A DNA stretch of 64,000 nt, from assembly GCA_041671525.1 (NCBI GenBank), contig JBAZBJ010000001.1, positions 9,638 to 73,637 of the forward strand, in the 5' to 3' direction. The translations under genes and the position numbers were made by a program. The notes under the pieces were generated by a model. The model saw nothing but the letters and a program-made list of their open reading frames with translations, did no database searches and was not told where the DNA came from. Of this stretch, positions 35,451-44,526 are shown piece by piece. Origin of the DNA: Parcubacteria group bacterium. GTDB lineage: Bacteria; Patescibacteriota; Minisyncoccia; Moranbacterales; UBA2206. The stretch's first letter is position 1. Each line of letters opens with the position of its first letter.

Positions 35451-36917
35451 ATGCCATATAAAACTATTAACGAGCAATCAATAAAAGACAGGGTCATCGG
35501 AGCCCGCATTTTTTTCAAGCGTCTTTTTGCAAAGGTTGCTCGTTTTTCGTATAAAAAATTACTAGAGTCAAAAGCTGTCCGTGAGGAGCAGCGTGGAAAA
35601 GAATTTATCCTCAATGTCATACTGATCAGTTCGATAGTCCTTTCCGGCATATTCAGCTTCCTTGCTTTTTTCGGTTCAATAACTGAAAGTCATTACAGTG
35701 GAATACCCATCGGAACAGCGACAATAGTCTTTGGATTTTTTCTGATACTCTATCTTTTATCAAGAAACAAATTGTTCATGATTTCTTCGTATTTGCTGGT
35801 TCTGACATTTTTTCTTTTCACCACATATACCGTGTACCGCTGGGGAGTTGAACTTCCTCAGGGACTGATAACATATGCGCTCATTATCGTAATAGCGGGG
35901 ATACTTGTCAGTGCCCGTTTTGCCTTCGAGATGACGTTTGTGATTTCATCGGTTGTTATCATTCTCACCTATTTCCAGATAAGCAATATCACGCATCCGA
36001 AACTATATTGGAAACCTGAAGCTTTAATGATGAATGATGCGGTTGAATTCGCCATTACCTTCATGATAATTTCCGTCGTGTCCTGGTTATATAACCGTGA
36101 AATAGCAAGCTCACTTAAACGGGCGATAAGATCAGAAGAAGAACTCAAAAAAGAACGGGACATGTTGGAGATAAGAGTTAGGGAAAGAACAGAGGAGCTG
36201 GAAAAGATCCAGGCGGAAAAGATGAACCAGGCCGCAAGATTCATAGAATTCGGCAAAATATCCTCGGGACTTTTTCACGATCTAATCAATCACATGACAT
36301 TCTTGTTTTTCAATATAGAAAAAGCCAGTGACTCCAGTCAGCAAGAGCTGGTTCAAATAAAAGAGCAGCTAAGGCAGGCAAACGAGACCAAAGACGTTTT
36401 AATGGATTACATAGATGCCGCAAAGAAACAAATTCAAAACCAAAAATCGGACTCGATGTTTTCAATGAAAAAAGAAATATTAAGTATTATTAAGATATTG
36501 GGATACAAGTTGAAAATAGAAAATGTCGAGATAAATCTTGCGGGCGAGTTCGATATCGTTACTTATGGAAATCCGATAAAATTCAATCAGATCATAATAA
36601 ACATAGTCTTGAACGCATTGGATGCTTATGAAAGTGGCGAACAGAAAGAGAGAAGCATAAACATAAATCTGAACAAGTCTGACGGCAATGCAGTGACCAT
36701 CATTGAAGATTGGGCAGGTGGAATACCGGAAGAAATAAAGGATAAAATATTCGAGCCATTTTTTACCACCAAGGGTCCTGAAAAAGGAGCAGGAATAGGC
36801 CTTACGACTGTGAAAAATATAGTCGAAGAAGAGTTTGGCGGGACAATAAGACTCGAAAGCGTCTTGGGACAAGGTTGCAAATTCATAATAGAAATACCAA
36901 TCAGAAATGAATCTTGA
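35451..36917 (+). CDS. sensor histidine kinase (multi-TM sensor domain)
   Basis: About 6 TM helices, coiled coil, H-box SSGLFHDLINHM, N-box NIVLNALDA, G1 EDWAGGIPEE, G2 GAGIGLT; start ATG 35451 or TTG 35415. Confidence 0.85.
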   Translation: MPYKTINEQSIKDRVIGARIFFKRLFAKVARFSYKKLLESKAVREEQRGKEFILNVILISSIVLSGIFSFLAFFGSITESHYSGIPIGTATIVFGFFLILYLLSRNKLFMISSYLLVLTFFLFTTYTVYRWGVELPQGLITYALIIVIAGILVSARFAFEMTFVISSVVIILTYFQISNITHPKLYWKPEALMMNDAVEFAITFMIISVVSWLYNREIASSLKRAIRSEEELKKERDMLEIRVRERTEELEKIQAEKMNQAARFIEFGKISSGLFHDLINHMTFLFFNIEKASDSSQQELVQIKEQLRQANETKDVLMDYIDAAKKQIQNQKSDSMFSMKKEILSIIKILGYKLKIENVEINLAGEFDIVTYGNPIKFNQIIINIVLNALDAYESGEQKERSININLNKSDGNAVTIIEDWAGGIPEEIKDKIFEPFFTTKGPEKGAGIGLTTVKNIVEEEFGGTIRLESVLGQGCKFIIEIPIRNES

Positions 36918-38868
36918 TAAGGACATAGAAAATGCTATATCTTCAGGTATTAATTACTTGAGCCAGAAACAAAAACGAGATGGAAGTTTTTCCAATCGTG
37001 TTTCGACTTCCAAAAATTTCAGTAGCTATGAAGAAAATCAATCCGCCTTTCCCACAAGTCTGATATTATCTAGTCTGAACAGTTTTCCGAATATGGGAGA
37101 ACTGGGAAAAATAAAGAATAATGTTTCAAAATTCATTTTGGGTCAGCGAAGCGAGTTTTGGTCATGGAATTATTGGAAAAGGAATTCTGCTGAAAGCAGT
37201 AAGTCGCCATATCCTGAAGACCTGGATGACACATGCTGCGCCGTGGCTGCTTTGACGGGATACGATTCCAAGTCCGTTTCCGCCGGAGCGATAGCCAAGG
37301 TAATTAATCTTCTGGCATACAGTGAAAGCAAGGAGGGCGGTCCGTATTTCACCTGGATCACTCCACCGGATGCGAACAAGGGCTGGAAGGACACAGACCT
37401 TGCAGTCAACAGCAATGTGGGCTACTTTCTTTCGCTTCAGGATGTGACTTTGCCGAGCATAGTCTCGCTTACAGAAAAAGCAATCGCTTCCGATAAATAT
37501 GATTCCCCGTATTATCATTCGGAGAATTCCGTGATTTATTTTATTTCCAGATGGTACAAGGGGAAAAAGAAAAGCAAGGCTCTTTCATATCTTCTTGAAA
37601 AGAGGCAATGCAACCACTCCTGGGGCAATCCATTGGAAACCGCATTGGCCATCAGTGCACTCATAAATTTCGGATACGAAAAAGAAAAACTAGAAAGAAG
37701 CATTGAATATATTTTACGACACCAAAAATCAGGTGGATGGAAAGAGCATCCGTTCGTAATAGAATTCATCAAAAAGAAGCGGAAGCATTATGCCGGCAGC
37801 TCAGAGTTGACGACCGCATTCTGTCTTGAAGCTTTGGGAAAATTTTCGACTCCGGACAAAAAAATGAAGAGCAAAGGAAAACTGGCAGACAGCAAGCAAC
37901 AAAAGATGCGCAAGAGAATAATCGAAATGTCAGATCGAAGATTTTCGGAATTAAGCTCCGAACTCTCGGAAAGTTTTTTGGCTGCCAGAAAGAAGATATT
38001 GAAAGGAGACAAAGGGGATCAGATAATGTTGCTGCCATATTATTTCCAAAAATCACTGGGGCAAAAAGAGATAGATGAACGCTTGATTGCGGAGCTGGGT
38101 GCCACCAGCCTTTACGGGTGGACAGCTTACACGATTTACGACGATTTTCTGGATGGCGAAGGAGATCCGAAACTTTTGTCTCTGGCAAACATTTGTCTCA
38201 GGGAATTGACTTCGATATATTCGGTGAATTTTTCGAATGACGAGAAGTTCCTTAGTTTCTTCGGAAAGATAATGGACAGGATTGATTCGGCCAATTCGTG
38301 GGAGGCATCAAATTGCCGGGCGAAAATAGTAGGCTCATGCCTGATGATTCCAGAAAGACTGCCGGAATACGAAAACATGGAAAAATTAGCCGACAGGTCT
38401 ATTGGGCACGCTCTTGGAGCAGCAGCGATTCTTTATCTGAATACGAATGAAACGGAATCAGAAGAAATGAAAAACTTAATTTCATTTTTTGAAAATTACA
38501 TCATAGCACGACAGCTTAACGATGATGCACATGATTGGGAGGAAGATTTGAAAAGAGGACAATTGAGTCCTGCAGTAGTTTCCGTTTTGAAGAGATATGC
38601 GAAACCGAATGCCTCCAAGAATAATGGAGAGTTGGATCTGAAAAAACAGCTGAAGCAATTGCAGAAAATATTCTGGTACGACGTCATCCATGAAATATGC
38701 GATAAAGCACTTTTTCATATTAAGGAGTCCAGAAAAAATCTGGAAAGTATTAAGGGGCTTAAGGACAAAGCCATCTTTGAAAGCATGCTTGGAGCCGTTG
38801 AAGAATCAGCCCAAAAAGCCGTTACTGAGCAAAAAGAAATGCTGGAGTTCCTGGAAGAATACAGGTAA
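36907..38868 (+). CDS. fusion protein: prenyltransferase/squalene-cyclase-like alpha/alpha toroid (DxDD) + class I terpenoid-synthase-like domain
   Basis: PEDLDDTCCA (DLDDT at 37219-37233); DDFLD (38140-38154); NDDAHDWEE (38518-38544), 126 aa after the DDxxD box; overlaps the kinase stop by 11 nt. Confidence 0.55.
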   Translation: MNLDKDIENAISSGINYLSQKQKRDGSFSNRVSTSKNFSSYEENQSAFPTSLILSSLNSFPNMGELGKIKNNVSKFILGQRSEFWSWNYWKRNSAESSKSPYPEDLDDTCCAVAALTGYDSKSVSAGAIAKVINLLAYSESKEGGPYFTWITPPDANKGWKDTDLAVNSNVGYFLSLQDVTLPSIVSLTEKAIASDKYDSPYYHSENSVIYFISRWYKGKKKSKALSYLLEKRQCNHSWGNPLETALAISALINFGYEKEKLERSIEYILRHQKSGGWKEHPFVIEFIKKKRKHYAGSSELTTAFCLEALGKFSTPDKKMKSKGKLADSKQQKMRKRIIEMSDRRFSELSSELSESFLAARKKILKGDKGDQIMLLPYYFQKSLGQKEIDERLIAELGATSLYGWTAYTIYDDFLDGEGDPKLLSLANICLRELTSIYSVNFSNDEKFLSFFGKIMDRIDSANSWEASNCRAKIVGSCLMIPERLPEYENMEKLADRSIGHALGAAAILYLNTNETESEEMKNLISFFENYIIARQLNDDAHDWEEDLKRGQLSPAVVSVLKRYAKPNASKNNGELDLKKQLKQLQKIFWYDVIHEICDKALFHIKESRKNLESIKGLKDKAIFESMLGAVEESAQKAVTEQKEMLEFLEEYR

Positions 38869-38929
38869 TAGAGAACAGTAGGGAATGTTTGGGGCTGTAA
38901 GCAAAAGCAAACCGGCTTTGGGGTGGTTA

Positions 38930-38985
38930 TACCAATTCGGCACAAAATACGCCCGTTGGCCCAAATTTGGCCAAATAACGGGTCC
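38930..38985 (+). repeat. inter-module repeat copy 1 (short form)
   Basis: Core cccgttggcccaaatttggccaaata (38952-38977) matches cores at 48889, 52336, 57487. Confidence 0.7.
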
Positions 38986-39105
38986 ATAAAAAGACTAGCC
39001 AATCAATGGGAATGGTGCAATAATAGTAATATGTATCGATGATTATTACTAAACAAAAAGCACTAACATTAGTACTTGCAATAAGATTTAAGGTGTTTAA
39101 AAAAT

Positions 39106-40887
39106 ATGGCAAATAACAAACAAAAACTAGAACTTACATGGATTGGAAAAGATAATTCTGAGTATGACATTGCCAACATTGAACCTCGTATTTTGGAAGA
39201 AAATGCAGACCTTTCTAATTGTGAGAAAGATCCCAACACTGAAAACATGATTATTCATGGGGATAACCTTCTTGCGCTTAAGGCACTCTTGCCAGAGTAT
39301 GAAGGCAAAATAAAATGTATCTATATGGATCCACCATATAATACTGGAAATGCATTTGAGCATTACGATGATAGTGTGGAACATAGTACATGGCTTTCTC
39401 TTATGAAGCCAAGATTGGAATTACTAAAAATGCTTTTGAGTGATGACGGAGTATTGTGCATACAATTAGATGATGTCGAGCAAGCTTATTTAAAAGTATT
39501 GCTTGATGAAGTATTCGGGCGATCAAATTTTATTAATCAAGTAAGTGTTAAAATGAAGCAGACGGCTGGCGCAAGTGGGGGCGGTGAAGATAAACGACTT
39601 AAAAAAAATATAGAGTACATATTAATTTATACAAAAAACTACCAAGCATTTCCAAAATTTAATGAGGTATTGGAAGAAGAAAATCTTTTTGATCTTATTA
39701 ATGAAATGAGAGATCAAGGTAAAAGTTGGAAATATACTAGGGTTTTTATGTCCATGGGGAGCCGTTCATTTTTCTCTGAAATACAGGACGGATCTGGATT
39801 ACCTATTAAAATTTACAAACACAGTGATGTTAAAATAAGTACCATACCTGAATTGATGAAAGCAGAGGGATTAACTGAAGAAGAAACTTACTTTAAATAT
39901 TTTGATAAAATATTTAGAGATACCAACGCTCAGAGTTCAATACGAACAAGGGTTATGGACGCAACAAAAGGCGCAGGGGATTTTTTTAGTATCGATTACG
40001 TTCCACGCTCGGGTAAATCTAAGGGTCAAACAGTAACCTCCTTTTACAAAGGCAATAATAGAGATTTAATTGCTTGGTTAAAGGATGTGGCAGTAAAGAA
40101 AAAAAATTCCATAGTAAAGCTAGAAAAACTTGGAACGTACTGGGAAGGTTTTCCTTTAAATAATTTAACGAAAGAGGGTGGAGTTTTATTCCCGAATGGC
40201 AAGAAGCCAGAAGCTCTAGTTCAAAGAATTTTGGACTTGATATCGAGTGAAGGCGATTTTGTACTCGATTCATTTCTTGGCTCAGGTACTACTACTGCAG
40301 TTGCGCATAAAACTGGAAGAAAGTATATAGGCATCGAAATGGGGGATCATGCATACACACATTGCAAAGTACGAATGGATAAGGTAATAGACGGATCGGA
40401 TCAAGGTGGTATAAGTAGAGCAGTCGAGTGGCAAGGTGGTGGTGGATATAAATTTTATGAACTGGCTCCAAGTTTTATTACTAAAGATGAATTTGGCAAT
40501 GCTGTAATTGATGTTTTTTATGATGATTCCAAACTCATCAAAGCAATGTGTAAGTTGATGAGCTTTGCTTATCAGCCAAGTAAAACAGAATATTGGAAAC
40601 ATGGTGTTGGGCAAGGAAAGAACTATCTTTATGTGACAACCCAACTTCTTACTAGTGGGATGATTCAACAAATTGCTGGACGTCTAACCGAAGGAGAGTC
40701 GTTGATTATTTGTCCCAAGAAATTTGAACCAGGTGCGGATAAAATTGATAGACGCATTACAATCAAAAAAATACCACAATCAATTTTAAAAGCATGTCAT
40801 TTTGGTAAAAAAGAATATCTACTTCCAATTAAAGAATCCGCTGTGGAAGAGATTGAAATTGAAGCGGAGGAAGATGATAACGAATAA
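39106..40887 (+). CDS. mod: Type III restriction-modification methyltransferase (Mod, N6-adenine, beta class)
   Basis: Motif IV CIYMDPPYNTG near N-terminus, motif I DSFLGSGTTTAVA near C-terminus; followed by overlapping res gene. Confidence 0.85.
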   Translation: MANNKQKLELTWIGKDNSEYDIANIEPRILEENADLSNCEKDPNTENMIIHGDNLLALKALLPEYEGKIKCIYMDPPYNTGNAFEHYDDSVEHSTWLSLMKPRLELLKMLLSDDGVLCIQLDDVEQAYLKVLLDEVFGRSNFINQVSVKMKQTAGASGGGEDKRLKKNIEYILIYTKNYQAFPKFNEVLEEENLFDLINEMRDQGKSWKYTRVFMSMGSRSFFSEIQDGSGLPIKIYKHSDVKISTIPELMKAEGLTEEETYFKYFDKIFRDTNAQSSIRTRVMDATKGAGDFFSIDYVPRSGKSKGQTVTSFYKGNNRDLIAWLKDVAVKKKNSIVKLEKLGTYWEGFPLNNLTKEGGVLFPNGKKPEALVQRILDLISSEGDFVLDSFLGSGTTTAVAHKTGRKYIGIEMGDHAYTHCKVRMDKVIDGSDQGGISRAVEWQGGGGYKFYELAPSFITKDEFGNAVIDVFYDDSKLIKAMCKLMSFAYQPSKTEYWKHGVGQGKNYLYVTTQLLTSGMIQQIAGRLTEGESLIICPKKFEPGADKIDRRITIKKIPQSILKACHFGKKEYLLPIKESAVEEIEIEAEEDDNE

Positions 40888-43711
40888 ACATATGATTCCA
40901 CAAGAAGCACTAAAATACATCAATGGCGCTATGAGTTTGCGTGCTCCACAAGTAAAAAGCTTAGAACTCTTTGCAAATTATTTGGAGTCACAATCTGGTC
41001 AGAAATTACTTGCACGCATGAAAAAGGAAACACGAGGTAATATTGCAGAGATTATGGCGGAAAGTAAAAAATATTTTAGTACTAAATCTGAAACCAAAGA
41101 ATTTGAAGAATTTGAGCGAGCTTTTCCTGCTTATACCCTTGCTTTAGCTACTGGCGTTGGAAAAACAAGATTAATGGGTGCTTTTGTGGCTTATTTATAT
41201 TTGGTTTATAACATACAGCATTTTTTAATCGTGGCACCAAACTTGACCATTTTCCGTAAACTACTTGAAGATTTTAGTAAGGCAAGTAATCCTAAGTATG
41301 TTTTTAAGGGTGTTCAGGAAATAAATCCGAATACTACAAAAATAATTACAACAGATAATTATACAAATCAGAGAGGAAAAACTCTTTTTGATAATCAGAT
41401 TGAAATCAATATTTTTAATATTCAACAATTTGCCCAGAAAGACATGACGAGTGAGCGTGGAATAACTAAAGCATGGGAAACTGCAGGTGAATCATATTTT
41501 GATTATTTGAAATCACATAATGATCTCGTGGTAATGCTAGACGAAGCTCATCACTATCATGCCGATGCTGCTCTTGGAGCATTGGATATACTCGACCCTC
41601 TCTTTGGCTTGGAAATGACCGCTACACCATATTTAGGCACGCGAGGTTCAGGGAAAAATGCAAGACAAATTAGAATGAAAAATGTTCTATATTCTTATAA
41701 TCTTGGTGATGCCATCAGGGGAAAATTAGTTAAGGATCCGTGGATAGGCACGGAGGCCGATGTGGATTTTGGTCAGTTTGATTCTGAATCAATTGAAACG
41801 GATGCGCGCAAGCTCCAATTGGCAGTATTTTTTCATGAGCGTGCAAAAAATGCATTGAGGGAATATGCATTGGAAAATAACGTGCCAAGAGTGAAACCAG
41901 TGTTATTAGTTGTTGCAAAAAACACTACTCACGCTGCAGAGTTGCGGGCCCTGATTGATAGTGATGATTTTCGCGGAGGAGAATTTAAGGGAAAAGTTAT
42001 TGAAATACATACTAAGCTTCATGGTGATGAAGCGGATGAAAATATTGAAAAATTAATTTCACTTGAACATCCTGATAACATAGTGGAAGTTGTGATTCAC
42101 GTTAACATGTTAAAAGAAGGATGGGATGTGACAAATGTCTATACGATTGCGCCATTGCGTGAATCTGCAGCTGCAATTTTAACTGAACAAACAATTGGGC
42201 GTGGATTGCGATTGCCATATGGAGAACGAACGGGAGTGCCATTAGTGGATAGACTAGTTCTTGTTGCTCATGAACAATTTGCTAAGGTTGTTGCACTTGC
42301 GAAAGATTCTCCATTGATCCAAGGTCAAGTAGAAGCAGTTTCAGAAGTAGAAGTCAAAGAAGTAAAAGTATTAACCGAGGTTCAATCGGTTGTTCTTGAT
42401 ACTGTTAAAGATGAAATAACTCACAACGAAGTAGTAATGGAAGAACTGCAAAAGAAAGCGGAAGAATTAGTTTCAGTCATTCCACGGATAGATGCAATGG
42501 ATATTGGTTTGCGAGAAAAATTTATTGCAACAAAAAAAGATGAATTAGTCGGAGACTTATCCAAGGAAACAATAAAAAATCTCACTTTTTCTAGCTATCA
42601 CGGTCAACAGTCTTCGCCAGCAAGTCCATCTTTTGTGACTGGGACTTTGTTTGGATCTTTTAGTGACGGAGCAAAAGATGAGCTTGCTAAAATTGCTCAA
42701 AAATCAGTAGAAACAATGGAGGAAAGAAATATTCCAATTCCGCGACTAACGATTACCCCACATTTTGGAGAACTTGTAATAAATTCATTTGACTTAGAAG
42801 CAAGTTTATTACATACATACACAAATGAACGTGCAATTCTTGAAGAGCAATTGCAAAATGATCGCGGAAAAAATTTGCTTGGCGAAGACGTTCCTGGGCG
42901 CCGAACGACAGAGATGACAAGGGTTAATAGTTTTGGTGCGAGCAATGGGCAAACTCCCCAAAGTGCTATTATTGGCGCGCTTTTAGATTTTCCATTAATA
43001 GATTATGATGATCCAAATCAAAAGGAATTATTGCTGAAATTGGCAGGACAGGCAGTGGGACATTATCGCTCAAAAGCGATTGATGAAGATAATCTGGCAT
43101 TGATTATTGATAGTAATGTCCACTCTATTGCTGAAGATATCAATAAACAAATTTTAGCACACCAAGAATTGAAATCTGAAAGTTATTTGGAATCTGAGGT
43201 GGAAGAACCAAAACCATATTTGGAGCAATATAATATTTCATTGTCCATTGGTGAAAAACCAGTTTCTCTTGAATCACAACTCAACACTTTTAGTGCTAAA
43301 TTTACTTACGGACAATTTCAAAGGGCATGTCATTCGATGTATCGCTTTGATTCTTCTGATGAAGTTCGATTAGCATATCTATTGGATAGTGATGAATCAG
43401 TGGAAGATTGGCTTCGACCAGCTCCGAACCAATTTGAGGGATTATATTGGCGTAATGTGGAGGGTGAATCGCACCGCTATGAACCTGATTTCGTTGTGGA
43501 ATTTGAAAGTGAGATAGTTATGATTGAAGTAAAGCCAGAATTAGAAATTCATGATTTAAGCGTGCAAGCAAAAAAACAAACTGCAGAAAAGTATTGTGAG
43601 GTAGTCAATAAGAATATTGGAAAGTTTGGGATAGTAAAGCCTTGGAGATATGTGATTATTCCAACGGAAAAAATTACAATCCAGTCGACAGTGGCAAGTT
43701 TAGCGATTTAA
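40874..43711 (+). CDS. res: Type III restriction enzyme Res subunit (SF2 helicase + C-terminal PD-(D/E)xK nuclease)
   Basis: Helicase motifs LATGVGKTR, MLDEAHHY, NMLKEGWDV, QTIGRGLRL; C-terminal YEPDFVVEFESEIVMIEVKPE; ATG 40874 overlaps mod stop by 14 nt (alternative ATG 40892). Confidence 0.85.
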   Translation: MITNKHMIPQEALKYINGAMSLRAPQVKSLELFANYLESQSGQKLLARMKKETRGNIAEIMAESKKYFSTKSETKEFEEFERAFPAYTLALATGVGKTRLMGAFVAYLYLVYNIQHFLIVAPNLTIFRKLLEDFSKASNPKYVFKGVQEINPNTTKIITTDNYTNQRGKTLFDNQIEINIFNIQQFAQKDMTSERGITKAWETAGESYFDYLKSHNDLVVMLDEAHHYHADAALGALDILDPLFGLEMTATPYLGTRGSGKNARQIRMKNVLYSYNLGDAIRGKLVKDPWIGTEADVDFGQFDSESIETDARKLQLAVFFHERAKNALREYALENNVPRVKPVLLVVAKNTTHAAELRALIDSDDFRGGEFKGKVIEIHTKLHGDEADENIEKLISLEHPDNIVEVVIHVNMLKEGWDVTNVYTIAPLRESAAAILTEQTIGRGLRLPYGERTGVPLVDRLVLVAHEQFAKVVALAKDSPLIQGQVEAVSEVEVKEVKVLTEVQSVVLDTVKDEITHNEVVMEELQKKAEELVSVIPRIDAMDIGLREKFIATKKDELVGDLSKETIKNLTFSSYHGQQSSPASPSFVTGTLFGSFSDGAKDELAKIAQKSVETMEERNIPIPRLTITPHFGELVINSFDLEASLLHTYTNERAILEEQLQNDRGKNLLGEDVPGRRTTEMTRVNSFGASNGQTPQSAIIGALLDFPLIDYDDPNQKELLLKLAGQAVGHYRSKAIDEDNLALIIDSNVHSIAEDINKQILAHQELKSESYLESEVEEPKPYLEQYNISLSIGEKPVSLESQLNTFSAKFTYGQFQRACHSMYRFDSSDEVRLAYLLDSDESVEDWLRPAPNQFEGLYWRNVEGESHRYEPDFVVEFESEIVMIEVKPELEIHDLSVQAKKQTAEKYCEVVNKNIGKFGIVKPWRYVIIPTEKITIQSTVASLAI

Positions 43712-43736
43712 AAATAGCAAAGAAAGATAAATAGTT

Positions 43737-44474
43737 ATGAATACATTCAAGCAATCAGCAATTGAAGTGCTGAAAAAAGCAGGAAAGCCTTTGCATTATA
43801 CTGAAATCACTCGGTTAGCTTTGGAATCGGGAATTTTGGAAACTGAGGGTGCAACGCCTGAATCTTCAATGAACGCCCAAATTACAGTAGATATCAAAAA
43901 CAAGGGCAAAGGCTCGGATTTCATGAAAACCGCACCCGGAACTTTTACACTTAATCATGATAAAAAAGAGGTAAAGCAAACACCTAAAATTATAGAAGCC
44001 GAAAAAGAGGCGGAAGAGAGGCTGGTAGTCGAAAGCGGATTCACCGGAAAAGGCGGAGAGCATCTGGTTTGCAGTGAACTTCTTTTTCGCGGTTTCAACG
44101 CTAGTATCATGAGTGTGGATGTCGGAATGGATATTGTGGCAGTAAAAGGAAATCAGCTCTTCGGAATACAGGTAAAAACTTCAAATCTGAATCGTTTCGA
44201 TACATATGTTTTTGATATTCGGAAAGTATCATTCGAGCGTCACAGTAGTGGCAGCATATTTTACATATTTGTTTTACATGGAGAAAAACAGAACCGTTTT
44301 TTGATTTTGCCTTTTCTTGAAATAGAAAAGAAGGTTCATGAAAAAGCAATATTGGAAGTGGGTCAAGGCAAGCGCTATCGTGTGAATATTAAATTCAGGA
44401 ATGATCATGTATATCTGGGGAACAAGGAACATGAAATGGGATATTTTTTGGATAACTGGAATTCGATAAAATAG
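43737..44474 (+). CDS. HARE-HTH domain fused to a PD-(D/E)xK-like nuclease domain
   Basis: N-terminus FKQSAIEVLKKAGKPLHYTEITRLALESG...TPESSMNAQITVDI...GTFTL (HARE-HTH pattern); C-terminal GEHLVCSELL...DVGMDIVAV...GIQVKTS. Confidence 0.55.
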   Translation: MNTFKQSAIEVLKKAGKPLHYTEITRLALESGILETEGATPESSMNAQITVDIKNKGKGSDFMKTAPGTFTLNHDKKEVKQTPKIIEAEKEAEERLVVESGFTGKGGEHLVCSELLFRGFNASIMSVDVGMDIVAVKGNQLFGIQVKTSNLNRFDTYVFDIRKVSFERHSSGSIFYIFVLHGEKQNRFLILPFLEIEKKVHEKAILEVGQGKRYRVNIKFRNDHVYLGNKEHEMGYFLDNWNSIK

Positions 44475-44526
44475 TTTTTAACAATGGAATAAATAGATTA
44501 TTGATATTCAGTGTAATTGAGGCGAT

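Noticed and set aside
35345-35461. 38-codon ORF (MKKKIIKKILTSKKLRHAVPLSAFVVSIASVAQPWDAI) between response regulator and kinase, considered as a signalling pro-peptide
   Set aside because: No Shine-Dalgarno sequence, it overlaps the likely kinase start, and nothing can be tested from the sequence alone. Noted only as a possibility.
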